Shown here: positions 16,498-27,013 of the stretch, piece after piece | How the letters are laid out: each line of letters starts with the position of its first letter | How positions within the stretch are numbered: position 1 is the stretch's first letter | Origin: Oikopleura dioica | Lineage: Eukaryota; Animalia; Chordata | Assembly: GCA_907165135.1 (NCBI GenBank) | Contig: OU015568.1 | Coordinates: forward strand, 11,284,001-11,348,000 | Reading direction: 5' to 3' | Length of the DNA: 64,000 bases | Position numbers and translations under genes: made by a program | The notes under the pieces: model-generated | Database searches by the model: none | The model's input: the letters and a program-made list of their open reading frames with translations, nothing else | Told to the model about the DNA's origin: nothing

Positions 16498-17527
16498 ATG
16501 GTTCTTATAATCAAAGTTTTTTTTATTTGTGGTCTGAATTTTTTATATTTCTTTGTTTCACCATTGCAAACGTTACCCGCGAAACAGTCGTCATCACTAA
16601 AAACGTCGATTCTGTGCTCGGTGCGCGGGCAAATTGGCTTAAAATATATTTTCTTGCAAATCGGCGAGCCGCAAATAGGCTTAATGGTACTGGGTATGAC
16701 CGCCGACCGGGTCGCCACCAAGGGCCCGAAACTGGTCACTCCCGGCACCAACTTCCGAGGTAGCCTCCATTTCGCGCCACCACTGTGGAGCACCGCAAAT
16801 GGTCAAATTTCCGCCTTACTTTGAACCATACAAAATACTTCCAAAACTTGACTCATCTGTTCGCAAATCTGAAACGCTCAAAAAGTGGAACCCTTTCTGA
16901 CATCTTTCACGACGAAGATTCAATACGAAAAGTGTTCATTTACAAAAAGACCACTGGAAATATCACAACCTACAAATTCTCCGACAAAGGGAGTGTCCCT
17001 TACGGCTACGATCGTAACACGGGAGAGGGTAGCTTTCAGCAGATGATTCTTCAGGCTGAAAACGATGGAGGAAATCTCTCGATTTTGCGGGTTTGTACTC
17101 ACAAGCAAATGAAGGTGACGTAGTTTTTACGAAATTAAGAATATATATATCATGACTAGACACAACTCCTTATCATTGACGAAGAGTGCGGGAAAAAATG
17201 GGACACCAGTGATTCATATTTCGTCAATACTATTCCTCAGGTAATCTAACTTCGTCATTATATTTTTGTAACCTTTACACGATTTTTTAGCCGGGAATGA
17301 CGGAAATCTGGACGGGCCGACGATCTCAACGACCCTACGACTCAGGCATCTCGCTTTCTCCCCTGGATTCAACTCCATTTGAGAGTTCCCAACAAGCATT
17401 TTATGCGCCAGTTGTTGAGAAAATTGAGAACTCCGGTATTTTCGATTTTAGAAAATGTGAATAACTACTCTAATTGCTATTCTTTCAGAGGATGAAAACG
17501 AATATCAAACCATTTACCAGTTCCAAG
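16498..17527 (+). CDS. 5' exons of a probable secreted/membrane protein; likely the first part of the FN3+LRR gene at 27014-30470
   Basis: Phase-consistent GT-AG exons are ~16764-17114, 17160-17240, 17291-17435 and 17489-17527. A hydrophobic N-terminus starts at ATG 16498, but its junction to 16764 is uncertain. The gene either stops at 17543 or splices onward from a G|GA donor at 17528. Confidence 0.6.
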
Positions 17528-18497
17528 GAAGAGTTTCGAAATAATTGTCTTTTATTCATCATGGTTCTACTATACATAGGGTCCACGCTCAAAAATTAGG
17601 TACCCGAAATAATGGTCCAATGATTTTCAAAATTATATATGTTATAGAGATGTATCGTTTAGGTATTATATCTCTTTATCCGAGAAAAACATTAAAGGGT
17701 TGAGAAATAACAAGGCCCTAAAATTGGCAAAAATCTGAAAATGGTCAAGATGGACAATTTTTTAAAATTTAAAAAAAGAAATGTATGTTAATTTAATTGC
17801 TTATTTCAAATTTAAAAACTATTTTTTTGGAGGATGGCCTTATTTAACAGAAATAAGCGATTTTTTGTCGATTTTGCCCCTTTTCAAAGCAGCGCGGCGC
17901 CGATTGCCTCGGGCGCTCCTAGGGTGTCCAAGACAATTTTTAAAAATATTATCCGCTTTTAAACTGATTTTAATAAAGAACATTTTATTCTCGTTTATAT
18001 TTTAAAAAGAAAAAAAATGAAAGTATTACTGAAAATGACATAATAATTTTCATTACCTTGGGCTAAATTTAAATTTCTAGTCTTTTTCTCTCGATTTTTT
18101 TGTCAAAATTTTCTTCTTTTATAACAAAATCGAGAAAAAAAGGATGAGTTTTGACGATAATATTAAAAAGAAAAAGAAAAATTAAATTTTTGGCCATTAA
18201 AAACTCCAAAGAAGATGGAAGGTTCATCAAATTCACTGCATTCTTCCGCAATTGAGCCAAGCAACAATGGTTGGATCAGTGTTTGAAAAAATGGTCGAAA
18301 ATAAGATAAGCGAGTGAGCTTGTTGTGGGGAGTATCAGTGATACTGTATCACGCATTTTCGGCTAAAGGGGGTCGGAGATCGGCTATAGGAATACTTAAA
18401 TAGGTATTTAAACAACTTAAATAATCTGAACTTTACCACTTACGTAACTGCCCGGTAAATATGTTTCGTTTCAAAGAACGCCCGTAAATACGCTTAA

Positions 18498-18986
18498 GGA
18501 CCCCCGTCATGTTTGACGATTTTCGGAAATTGATTCTCTGAGTTCTGAGGATCATTTTTCTCTATTATAAAATTTTATTTCGACTTTTTGACCCTCAAAA
18601 TCGACCTTGAAAATCATGATTTTCGGGCTTTTTAGCTAAATTTGCCCATTTTTCGGCCGATCACCAATCTTCAAACCCTTTTTAGTGAAACCCTTAAGAT
18701 ATCATCATAAACTTGATGCGGTGCCCTTGACAAGAGTCTCAGCTAAATTTTCAACATGAAAAAATTTTGATCAGTTAAGGTGATCACAATGATATCACTG
18801 TTTGAAAAATATTTTCATTTAAACTTATTGGTGCGACACCCTTAAGAGGCCTTTAAGCTTGTTTTCCTTCTGGTGCCCCAGAGCAACTATCGGGCTACAA
18901 AATAATTAAAAAATTTTTCAAAAATCTTAAGGGGATCAACCCGATAACCGTGTTTGAAAAAGTGATTATGAGATGACGGAGGGTCC
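18498..18986. mobile_element. MITE with TTAA target duplication (Kolobok-type GG...CC ends), nested in the hAT element
   Basis: TTAA at 18494-18497 and 18987-18990 flanks imperfect TIRs GGACCCCCGTCAT / ATGACGGAGGGTCC. The element is 489 bp with no ORF. Confidence 0.75.
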
Positions 18987-19198
18987 TTAAAGACCAATCT
19001 TCGAGTTCTTCAAGTAAGTGAATGAGCGCGAGCATTGGCCTTGAAAGTGTACGGGAGTGGGTAAGAATAAGCGCTCATCATTTTTTCAAACACTGGATTG
19101 GATAGCCGATGGGAAAAATTCTTTCGGGGATTCAAACCGAAAACGTCAAAGCAGGGTTGCGCAATTGTGAAGCTTAAGAATTTTTAAGGGATCCCCCG

Positions 19199-19500
19199 TT
19201 TTGGCCATCTTTGACTTGAAATTCAGCCGATTAGGGTTTATGAATCCAGACGTTCAATAGCTCTTCTGAAAGCTTGTGTGCTATCCGCTATTCTCTAGTA
19301 CAGAGAAATCATTTGCTCAAGGCAAACCTACAGCAAAGAGGCGCCAAAGTTCGAGAAATCTAAAAATTTTTGGCCATTTTTGAATCGAAATTCAGCCAAT
19401 AAGGGTTTAGATAGACTTGATCTGAAAAAAGATTCAGTAAGAATAGAGCCTAATCTAAAATCTCTTGTACAGAGAACTTTTTTGGTCAAGTAACAAAAAA
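19199..19500. repeat. Degenerate ~170-bp direct duplication inside the hAT element
   Basis: ttttggccatctttgacttgaaattcagccgattagggttta (~19199) matches ttttggccatttttgaatcgaaattcagccaataagggttta (~19368), and each is followed by ctct(a/t)gtacagagaa. Confidence 0.55.
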
Positions 19501-19569
19501 ATTCGGATCCAATTGTGCAACTCTCGCCGTATTGCGAAACCTTCGACTGCAAAAAAATTTTGAAGAAAA

Positions 19570-21135
19570 TTTTCTTCACTCTCATTCTTCTTGCCGTTGG
19601 ATGGTCAATGAAGGTCGGTATCGACCGCGCAATACAAAAAGCGACTGATGATCTCGAAGCAGAGAAAAAAGCTGCTTTTTCAAAAATGGTATTTTTTATG
19701 AAATCAATTATATATGTTAATGTTTCTTCAGCATTTTCCGGAATATTTTTGAATTCTAAGACCTTTACTTTTCAAAATATGGGTCCAGGCTTTCTTCTGA
19801 CCGAGTCAGATACCCTTAATTATGACTTTAACACCCTTTAAAATCGGTTTAAAAAACAGCTCCAAATAATTATCCTACTCCAAATTAAGGGCACTCCAGA
19901 AATCGGGAATAGCCGTGTTTTTCCGTCATGGGGGCCATTTTCTTTTTTATTTCTTTTGTTGAGTTTTGCTGAGCCTAGCAGAATATTTGCAAGCTTTTTA
20001 TTTTGAGTTATTAAAAATGACATAATATTGAAGTCAGAAAAATAATAAAAAGAGAATAGAAAGATTTTTTTCAAATCAAAATATGAATATTTTACTGTTT
20101 TTAATATCAGTTGGTCAATCCAAGAGACCAGATTTTACCAGATATCGGATAGACATTGAAGAAATTACTCCTCAATACGACAATGATACTTTTATTCTCG
20201 GAATGCGACGTTGCCAGCGATTTCTTGGTCATTTTCTTCCGAGACACGAACAAGAGAACAATATTTGTCATTCAGCCCTTTCTTTAACAATTAGGCTCCC
20301 TTCTCCCCATATTCGGAAAGTCGTGTTTTGAATAATTTTTATTATTTAATGGAAGTCTATTCAAATAATCTGAAAGCGATCCATTTTTAATCCGGAGAAA
20401 CGTGGTTTCACGAGCTCATTTGGAAATTTACACCCCGCAATGCTACAAAAATAAAAGAGACGTCACCAATTTTATACTTGAAGCAGATGCTTACATGGGA
20501 ATTGCCTGGTTTTGGGTTTGATAGAAGAATAATTTTATAAAAATAATTATCGAACTATTGAAAATCAAACTCAAGATAATACGGGATCATGAGATTGCGG
20601 CATTTTTTGAGGACCTTTCCAGTTACATTCCTCAGCTTCTCCTTGAAAATGCGGATTCAATCTACGACATTAGTACTTTTATGTGAGTCCTTTTTTTAAA
20701 CAATAAAAAGATTTTATCTATTGTTAATTCAAGATAAATTTATAAATTCATTAAGTTTCAAATTGGAACGCCAGAAAATTGAAGAACCATTCTTTTTCGA
20801 TAGGTTTTCATGATATTTTTACTTGTTAAGTGGCTCATGAAAATCCTTAAAGAAGACAGTGTAAAAGAGATGCTTTCGACTTATTTTGATGAAGCAAGGA
20901 AAATACTTTTAGGTAGAAAAACAAACATAAAAAAATTAAGATTGATTTTCTAGGTTTACTCAGTTGGGAAAACAGAACTATGAGCGAATCATTTGAGAGC
21001 AGATTTGTTTTACATGAAGGAACACTTTCGGAGAGAACTAAGAATATGGATGAGCTTCTTGAGACGCTTCTAGCTGTTATTAAGGAAAAAGGCTTTTTTA
21101 GGAAGAAAAAATTCCAATTAATGGAATTCTTTTGA
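19570..21135 (+). pseudogene. Second, spliced, decayed gene carried inside the hAT element (passenger, unknown function)
   Basis: Plus-strand coding-like blocks have GT-AG signals: KVGIDRAIQKATDDLEAEKK, SKRPDFTRYRIDIEEITPQYDND, SESDPFLIRRNVVSRAHLEIYTPQC, IKLKIIRDHEIAAFFEDLSSYIPQLLL(gtgagt) and MSESFESRFVLHEGTLSERTKNMDELLETLL. Stops interrupt the frames. Confidence 0.45.
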
Positions 21136-22501
21136 TAAAGCAAATTTGAGACTTATTTGCATTCTCTTACAAAAAATGAATATCCGAGTGGGTGGAATCT
21201 AGGACAGGTTCAAAAAAGTAATCAAAATAATATTGTTTGAAAATAATGAACATAAAAAAAGAAAGTACTCAAAAAATCGCAGAGCTTGAAGTACTACGAC
21301 GCTATGGGAACGAAGCAGCAAAAAATCTAGCTTCATTTATTTTAAGTGATGAATAAAAATTTAAGAATCATTCATGATTTCCAATGTTTTTTGTTGTTCG
21401 GCAAGTTTATCATCCTCAAGCTGCTGTTCACGGTTGCGCATTCCCTAAAAAAGTTTTTTTTTTATAAAATATTTTTCCCACCTTCCAGACCAACTCTTTT
21501 TGAATGGTTTCGTCCAAAAATTTGAAATGATCATAAAGCTGATTTTGACGCACAACAACTTGACGCCATACTCGAATGTCTGTCCTAAGAGTTCAAAAGC
21601 ACGCTTCTGCCAAAAAGCTTATTCTCAGAGAGTAGTGCGCGGGGCGGCTTGTCCAAAAAAGCCCATTTTCAGAGAGTAGTGCGCAGTCCAAATTTTGAAT
21701 CTCTTTTGGAATCAATGCTCCATTTAGGAGGGGATACCTTTTTTTAGCACGCGTACGCGCACGCGAAATTCAAAATTTCTCAGCATGCGAGAATTTTACG
21801 TTTTTTGGAACTCTGCCTGTCGTTCTTGAATCAGAAGACTCGAGCGATTTTAATTGACCGAAAGAACGCTCTGAAAATTCAAGTAAAAATTTAAAATGGT
21901 TCGAATAAACCTGCAGCTCTGTTGTCAAAAGTTAAAACCGCGTCATCTTCAACTTCAATCTTATTTATTTCGATATATTCTTTCTCGTATTTTTCGTTAA
22001 AATTGATCATTTTAAAATCAAGAAGTCTTACTTGAGAAAAAACGATGGGGTTCCCCCTAAGAATAGAAATTAAAAATGACCATGCCCATAATACGTTCGG
22101 ACGCGATTTTGATATTTTGATCGAGTTTTTTCGACAACGTTGTTTTTCTTCGGTGAAGATGAAGAAGTTCTTCAATTTTTTCTTTTAACATAAGGAGATC
22201 TTCTGATAATAGGAGCTCCTTCTGCTCACTTTGGAGATAATCTGCTTTCTCCGTAAGTCCTCCAAAAAGTCGGTTGTACGACCCAGAATAATCGTCGCCT
22301 TTGACATAATCCATTCTTCTTTTCATGTTCTGAAATGCAATCTTTATCTCGGTAAATTTCTTCGTTCCTCCTGTTCGATCGAGAAACGGCTCGATTATAA
22401 CATTCCAAAACATCAGAATCGTGGCTCAGAAACCTGTGTGAAAAACCTGAGCCAGTATCTGAAATTTGCAACTGTTTGAAAAATATTATTTTTTTTGTTA
22501 T

Positions 22502-22544
22502 GGAGCCGCTCTTCGGCTTTCTTTTTTCAAGGCGCTACGCGGCT
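22502..22544 (-). repeat. Truncated copy of the small hairpin element at 60120-60191
   Basis: The reverse complement agccgcgtagcgccttgaaaaaagaaagccgaagagcggctcc aligns to agccgcgtagcggcttttcaaaaaagagaagccgttttgcggcttc. Confidence 0.6.
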
Positions 22545-23112
22545 TGTTTAGAAAGCATATCAGAGCTCGACTGAAGTTTTTACACAGATCGCCGAAGCCC
22601 GATCGGAATTATGGCCATTTTCAATTTAGTCTTAAAAGAAGGTCGATAATTCTAAAACAGAATTTTCTATTAATTTGTATTTATCGACCTCTTGTCAAAT
22701 AGAAATCAGGTTTTTCAGAAATTTCTAAAATTTTTGCTGCATATTTCTTTTCTTTGTACATCTCGCAAGTATTGATAACGAGTTGTTCATATTTGAAAAA
22801 AGAAATAGTATTTTTTTGATAATCCCAGGGTCATGTAATTAAAAAAAATTTTGTTAAAATCTGAAATGACCCATTCATGAATCGCATATCTGCTCCCAAG
22901 ATCCGTTGAAAATGGGCGATTTGGCGACTTGTTCGCAGCGAGAAAGAGCGCCTCGAGTCCAAAGCGGATATCGGCTCGGCTATGTGCCGTTGTTGTACGA
23001 CTTATAATATTTTGAATATAAATAACAGATTAAAACAACCTTCCAAATGATAATTTGAGCGCGACAAGAAGATTCCAGACGTCGGATGGTAATCCCTTAG
23101 AGTTTATCTTAA

Positions 23113-23221
23113 GGGGGTAAACTAGCCTTTTTCAACTGAAAAGGAATAAGAATGTTTTCTTATGTGATCCGAGATAAAATCAAACATTTATGATTTTTTG
23201 CGCTCATGGGCGTGTACCCCC
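23113..23221. mobile_element. 109-bp MITE with TTAA duplication interrupting the transposase exon
   Basis: TTAA lies at 23109-23112 and 23222-23225, with TIRs GGGGGTAAAC / GTGTACCCCC. Removing the element plus one TTAA restores the frame ...KSRDALK|INSKGLPSDVW. Confidence 0.85.
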
Positions 23222-24832
23222 TTAAGAGCATCTCGGCTTTTATCCTCGTGTTCAAAATGCTCGTAAGAGCGTTGATCAAAGCTCGCGGCTACATGCTTTT
23301 TCGGGATTTATGAAAGATGAAATTGTAGCACACATTTTAAAATATTCGCACTATTTAAATCCGTTCAGCATCATACATCGTAAACTAAAGATATTTTGCC
23401 TGTAGCCTTCATCTTCGAGAAGCTGGATGATTTTTCGATTCGCACTCACTTGCGCGGCAGCTAAGAATTTCAAAAATATAATCACACAAGGGAGACACCT
23501 GTATCGCTGACTATATATCGGAGCCTTTGAAAAATAAGTCGATAGAAATTGAATTTTTAATTCATCAACAGCACATTTTGACAATTGATCAGCTGTATGA
23601 CGTTGCTGATGATAAATGCTAAGTAACAAAAACTTCCCATTTTCGTCAGTCAATCCTGCGAAATATTCGAATGATCAGTTTCATAAATTTCTCTTACCGA
23701 TAGAGCTGACAGCTCTATTTCGTCGTGATGTCGTCGCGTCTATCAGAGGGATGAAGAAAATTTGTTCTTAAGGATCGGAAACACGGTTTGGTATTTCGAG
23801 AATTTTAGTCAGAAAAAATCTATTCTTATCCCTGCACTAAATGTAGCGTCAATGCGACAGAAGATCTCACGAATTTTTCGATTTGGTGACGCATCGGTTC
23901 TATCATTACTCCGGACAGACTATTTATAAACGTCTCACTTGGTATTTCGACCTCTGGGCTTTTCAGTTCGGGAACAAAATCTTCCAATTCAGAAAGCATC
24001 GCCCGAATAGTTGTTGAAGGAATCGCTCGCATTTTCAGCAAAAGAATAAATCGTATTGTTTCAAATTGATACGTCGGCTTGAATTATTTTTTTTCAATAT
24101 TTTCTATATTTAAAGCGTTAACTACCGTATTTTGACCTCTTGCGGAGAATGCCGGGCTAAATGTTTCTCTTCCAGGCGGTTTTTTCTTAAAAAAGCTCTG
24201 AAGCGTCGTTAACGGAGCGCTGCATTTCGGAATTTCAAGGTCAGGAACTGGAACTTGACTTTGTTGACGTTGCCTCTTCGATGATCGGACAATGGGCGTT
24301 TTGCAAAAATAATATTCAAAATCGCCCATACCATCCAATAATTTATCAATCATATTTTGGTTCCGTTGATTTGTTTCCCATAAAGCATCATCAAGATCTT
24401 GATCAGGCCATAATTGAATTCTCAAATTTTTGTTCTTCAAAATATTCATGATTGCAAGGTTTGCTTGACGTCCTTTACGAATGAAATTCGTCCAATCCTT
24501 TGAATTTCTGACCCTTGATCTCTCAAGTTCTTCCCAATGTTCAATCGTATAATATCCATTTTGAGTCAAATAAGTTTTCACATCATTATAAGAAAGAGGA
24601 CAATTGTTTTTATGTAAATATGCTGATATACTTGAAAAAAGAAAAAGAAGATCAAATTTCATTTTCTCTGTGAAAGTGGATTTTCCGCTTTCTTTTTTCT
24701 TTTAATCGCGTGGTTACGGTACATTATATAATCCTCTATGTTGATCATTCTGGTAGACTTACTTGAAGCGTTGTCTAGGCGACATTTGATTTTCAACTCA
24801 CAAAAATGATTTTCTCAAGGATACCCTTAAGT

Positions 24833-25357
24833 TACACGAACCAAGTCACACGAACCTATTCTTCACGAACCTAGTCTTTACGAACCTAGTCACACGAACC
24901 TAGTCATCAAGCCGTTTCCTTTACTGCCCCAAAATTTATTTCTATTTAAAATTTCACGAACCTAGTCACACGAACCTAGTCATCAAGCCGTTTCCTTTAC
25001 TGCCCCAAAATTTTTTCTATTTAAAAATTCACGAACCTAGTCACACGAACCTAGTCATCAACCCATTTCCCTTACTGCCCCAAAATTTTTCTATTTAAAC
25101 TTTCACGAACCTAGTCACACGAACCTCGTCATCAACCCATTTCCCTTACTGCCCCAAAATTTTTCTATTAAAACTTTTACGAACCTAGTCACACGAACCT
25201 AGTCATCAACCCATTTCCCTTACTGCCCCAAAATGGTGAAGATACAAAAATACATATAAAAATCAAAATTTCACGAACCTAGTCACTCGAACCATTTTTT
25301 CCGACATGGCACCCACGAACCTAGTCACACGAACCTAGTCCTCACAAACCTGGTCAT
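24833..25357 (+). repeat. Tandem array: ~75-bp units (4.5-5 copies) each starting with a doubled CACGAACCTAGTCA motif
   Basis: The unit is acgaacctagtcacacgaacctagtcatcaa(g/c)cc(g/a)tttcc(t/c)ttactgccccaaaattt(t)tctattt... at about 24880, 24957, 25031, 25105 and 25179. Further isolated motif copies lie on both sides. Confidence 0.9.
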
Positions 25358-27013
25358 CGGTCCTGAGAAATAAAAAAATATTCCGGAAAAAATTCTTTTT
25401 AAATTTGTGAAAGATAAATTGATTTTAGTTGGAACAAGAAAACTTCGACGACTTCCAAATCGTATCCCACTCTGACGGTTACCGATCATGGATGTCATCA
25501 TTTTCAGGAGAGGCTCCAAGTTTGATACAATTCAATTTTTCAATCAGCACTCGGGCTAGCCCGCTCATTCATCCAGGTCAATCATTTTTGAGAGAACTCA
25601 GCTCAGACCAATTATTTTCTTATTAATGGCAGCTCAGGTCAGCTTGGAAAATGGTAGCTCAAAAAGGGTCTGCTCAGCTTAGCTCACTGATATCAAGAAA
25701 AGGCAAGCTCAGCTCAGTTGAACAAATTTTTATACCAGGGGTCTGGATTCGCTTAGCGAATTCCCTTTCAGTAATTTCCATTCGCTTCCAGGAATTCGCA
25801 GTTCTTCCATTGTCGCTTTTTCCTTGGAAATTCCCACCTGTATCAATGGTCAACTGCGAAAGAAATGTTTTACTCAGAAGAGCACTTTAAAAATAAGCCG
25901 GTTGTTTTTGATCCAGAAGGAATTACTGGCACTTTTTCGTCGATTTTGATCGTTTTCTTCAGCTGCAAAGATTCTTCGAAAAAAGAAGAGTTTTCACAGA
26001 AGAATCCTTCTTTGGGAATCGGCTCAATTTTAATCCTCATCGGGCTCTATCGCGCATCAACTGTTCCCTTCAACAAAAACCTTTGGTCCGACAGCTTCGT
26101 TTTCTTCACCGTCGGCTTCAATTCCCTAGCGCTCCTTTTTCTCCTCGACTTTTCCTCTTTTTCCATTTATCGTCCCTCTCGGAAGAAGATCGATGTTTGT
26201 CTATGTCGCTCACACCTTTCTCCGTGGCTACTTTCCCTTTTCCTGGAACTCTTCATTCACCCCTACGCACGCTTCAATCTTTTCCGAAAACCTCTTCGCG
26301 ACCAGAAAAAGTCCAAATAATAACCCAAATAATCATTGAGCTGAGCTGATTTTTCAAAAAATTGTTGATCCCAAAAATCCCATACAATTTTCGTCGAATT
26401 TATTTCTAAAAGATTTTTTTAAACCTAAAAAGTCTAGGAGCTTCTTAAAGACGAATAATTCGACTGTTAATTTTTCTGCTTTTAGATTTTTTTCGATTTG
26501 AAAAAATTATATGAATTTTAATAAAAATTATGAAAAATTAATTGGTTTTTTATTTATTGAAGTCTTTTTTAATGTCAAGAAAATAAAATTCTTGAAAAAT
26601 GAAATTCTATTCATGCTTCAGTGTGGACACCCTTTCTCGGCCTGGGGGCATTCCGCGCAACGCGACTCACGCCGCTCTTTTTTGTCGTCAAAATTCACCC
26701 TTTTTGCAAGATTTCTCGATTAAGAAGGCATCCTCCAAAAATTAAGAAAAAAAATATTAAATTATGGGCTTTTTTAAACCTATTCATAAAAAAAAAATTT
26801 TAAAATCAGTCGTTCTTCATAGTTTTTCGAATGTTTTATCGAATTTTCTCCTCATCCCTTGAAGTTTTGAAAAATTTTTTTGCTTAAAAATAATTGTTAT
26901 TTCAATAGCTAAAAGTTTTATATTTACATAAAATGTATATATCTTATATTTAAAAAGTTTTATTTTTTGAGCGTGGACCCTAACTATACAAGCCTTGATC
27001 AACTCAGAATAAG

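Larger units (their letters stand above)
21350..26200 (-). pseudogene. Intron-containing hAT-like transposase, inactivated
   Basis: The reconstructed core reads LTLHLVQ-D-ATTSRRNRAVSSIGLTDENGKFLLLSIYHQQRHTADQLSKCAVDEL..RYIVS-D-TAAAQVSANRKII..LRCMM/HVAA. This matches the hAT pattern DxWTS...HT...IVTDNAAN...CxxH. Lesions are a frameshift in an A5 run (23554-23558), a MITE at 23113-23221, an in-frame TGA at about 22430 and stops in the N-terminal exons. I could not identify the third catalytic Glu securely. Confidence 0.72.
17577..26982 (-). mobile_element. hAT-superfamily DNA transposon, 9406 bp, with degenerate coding capacity
   Basis: Perfect 19-bp terminal inverted repeats TAGGGTCCACGCTCAAAAA lie at 17577-17595 and 26964-26982. 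An exact 8-bp target-site duplication ACTATACA flanks them (17569-17576, 26983-26990). TAGGG termini with an 8-bp TSD are hAT hallmarks. The subtermini are AT-rich and hAT-like transposase motifs lie inside. Confidence 0.92.

Noticed and set aside
22425-22435. In-frame TGA in the transposase as selenocysteine or programmed readthrough
   Set aside because: The same gene has a frameshift, a MITE insertion and other stops, so decay is the simpler explanation.
24833-25357. CRISPR-like appearance of the repeat array
   Set aside because: The intervening sequences are near-identical rather than unique spacers, there are no cas genes, and the context is eukaryotic.
25865-26320. 151-aa hydrophobic plus-strand ORF
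   Set aside because: It is the antisense shadow of a Lys/Glu-rich minus-strand frame (with a stop) inside the transposon.
17916-26632. Inner inverted pair TAGGGTGTCCA (~17917) / TGGACACCCT (~26622) as a second hAT boundary
   Set aside because: The match is only about 10 bp, the right end lacks the terminal TA, and there is no target-site duplication.
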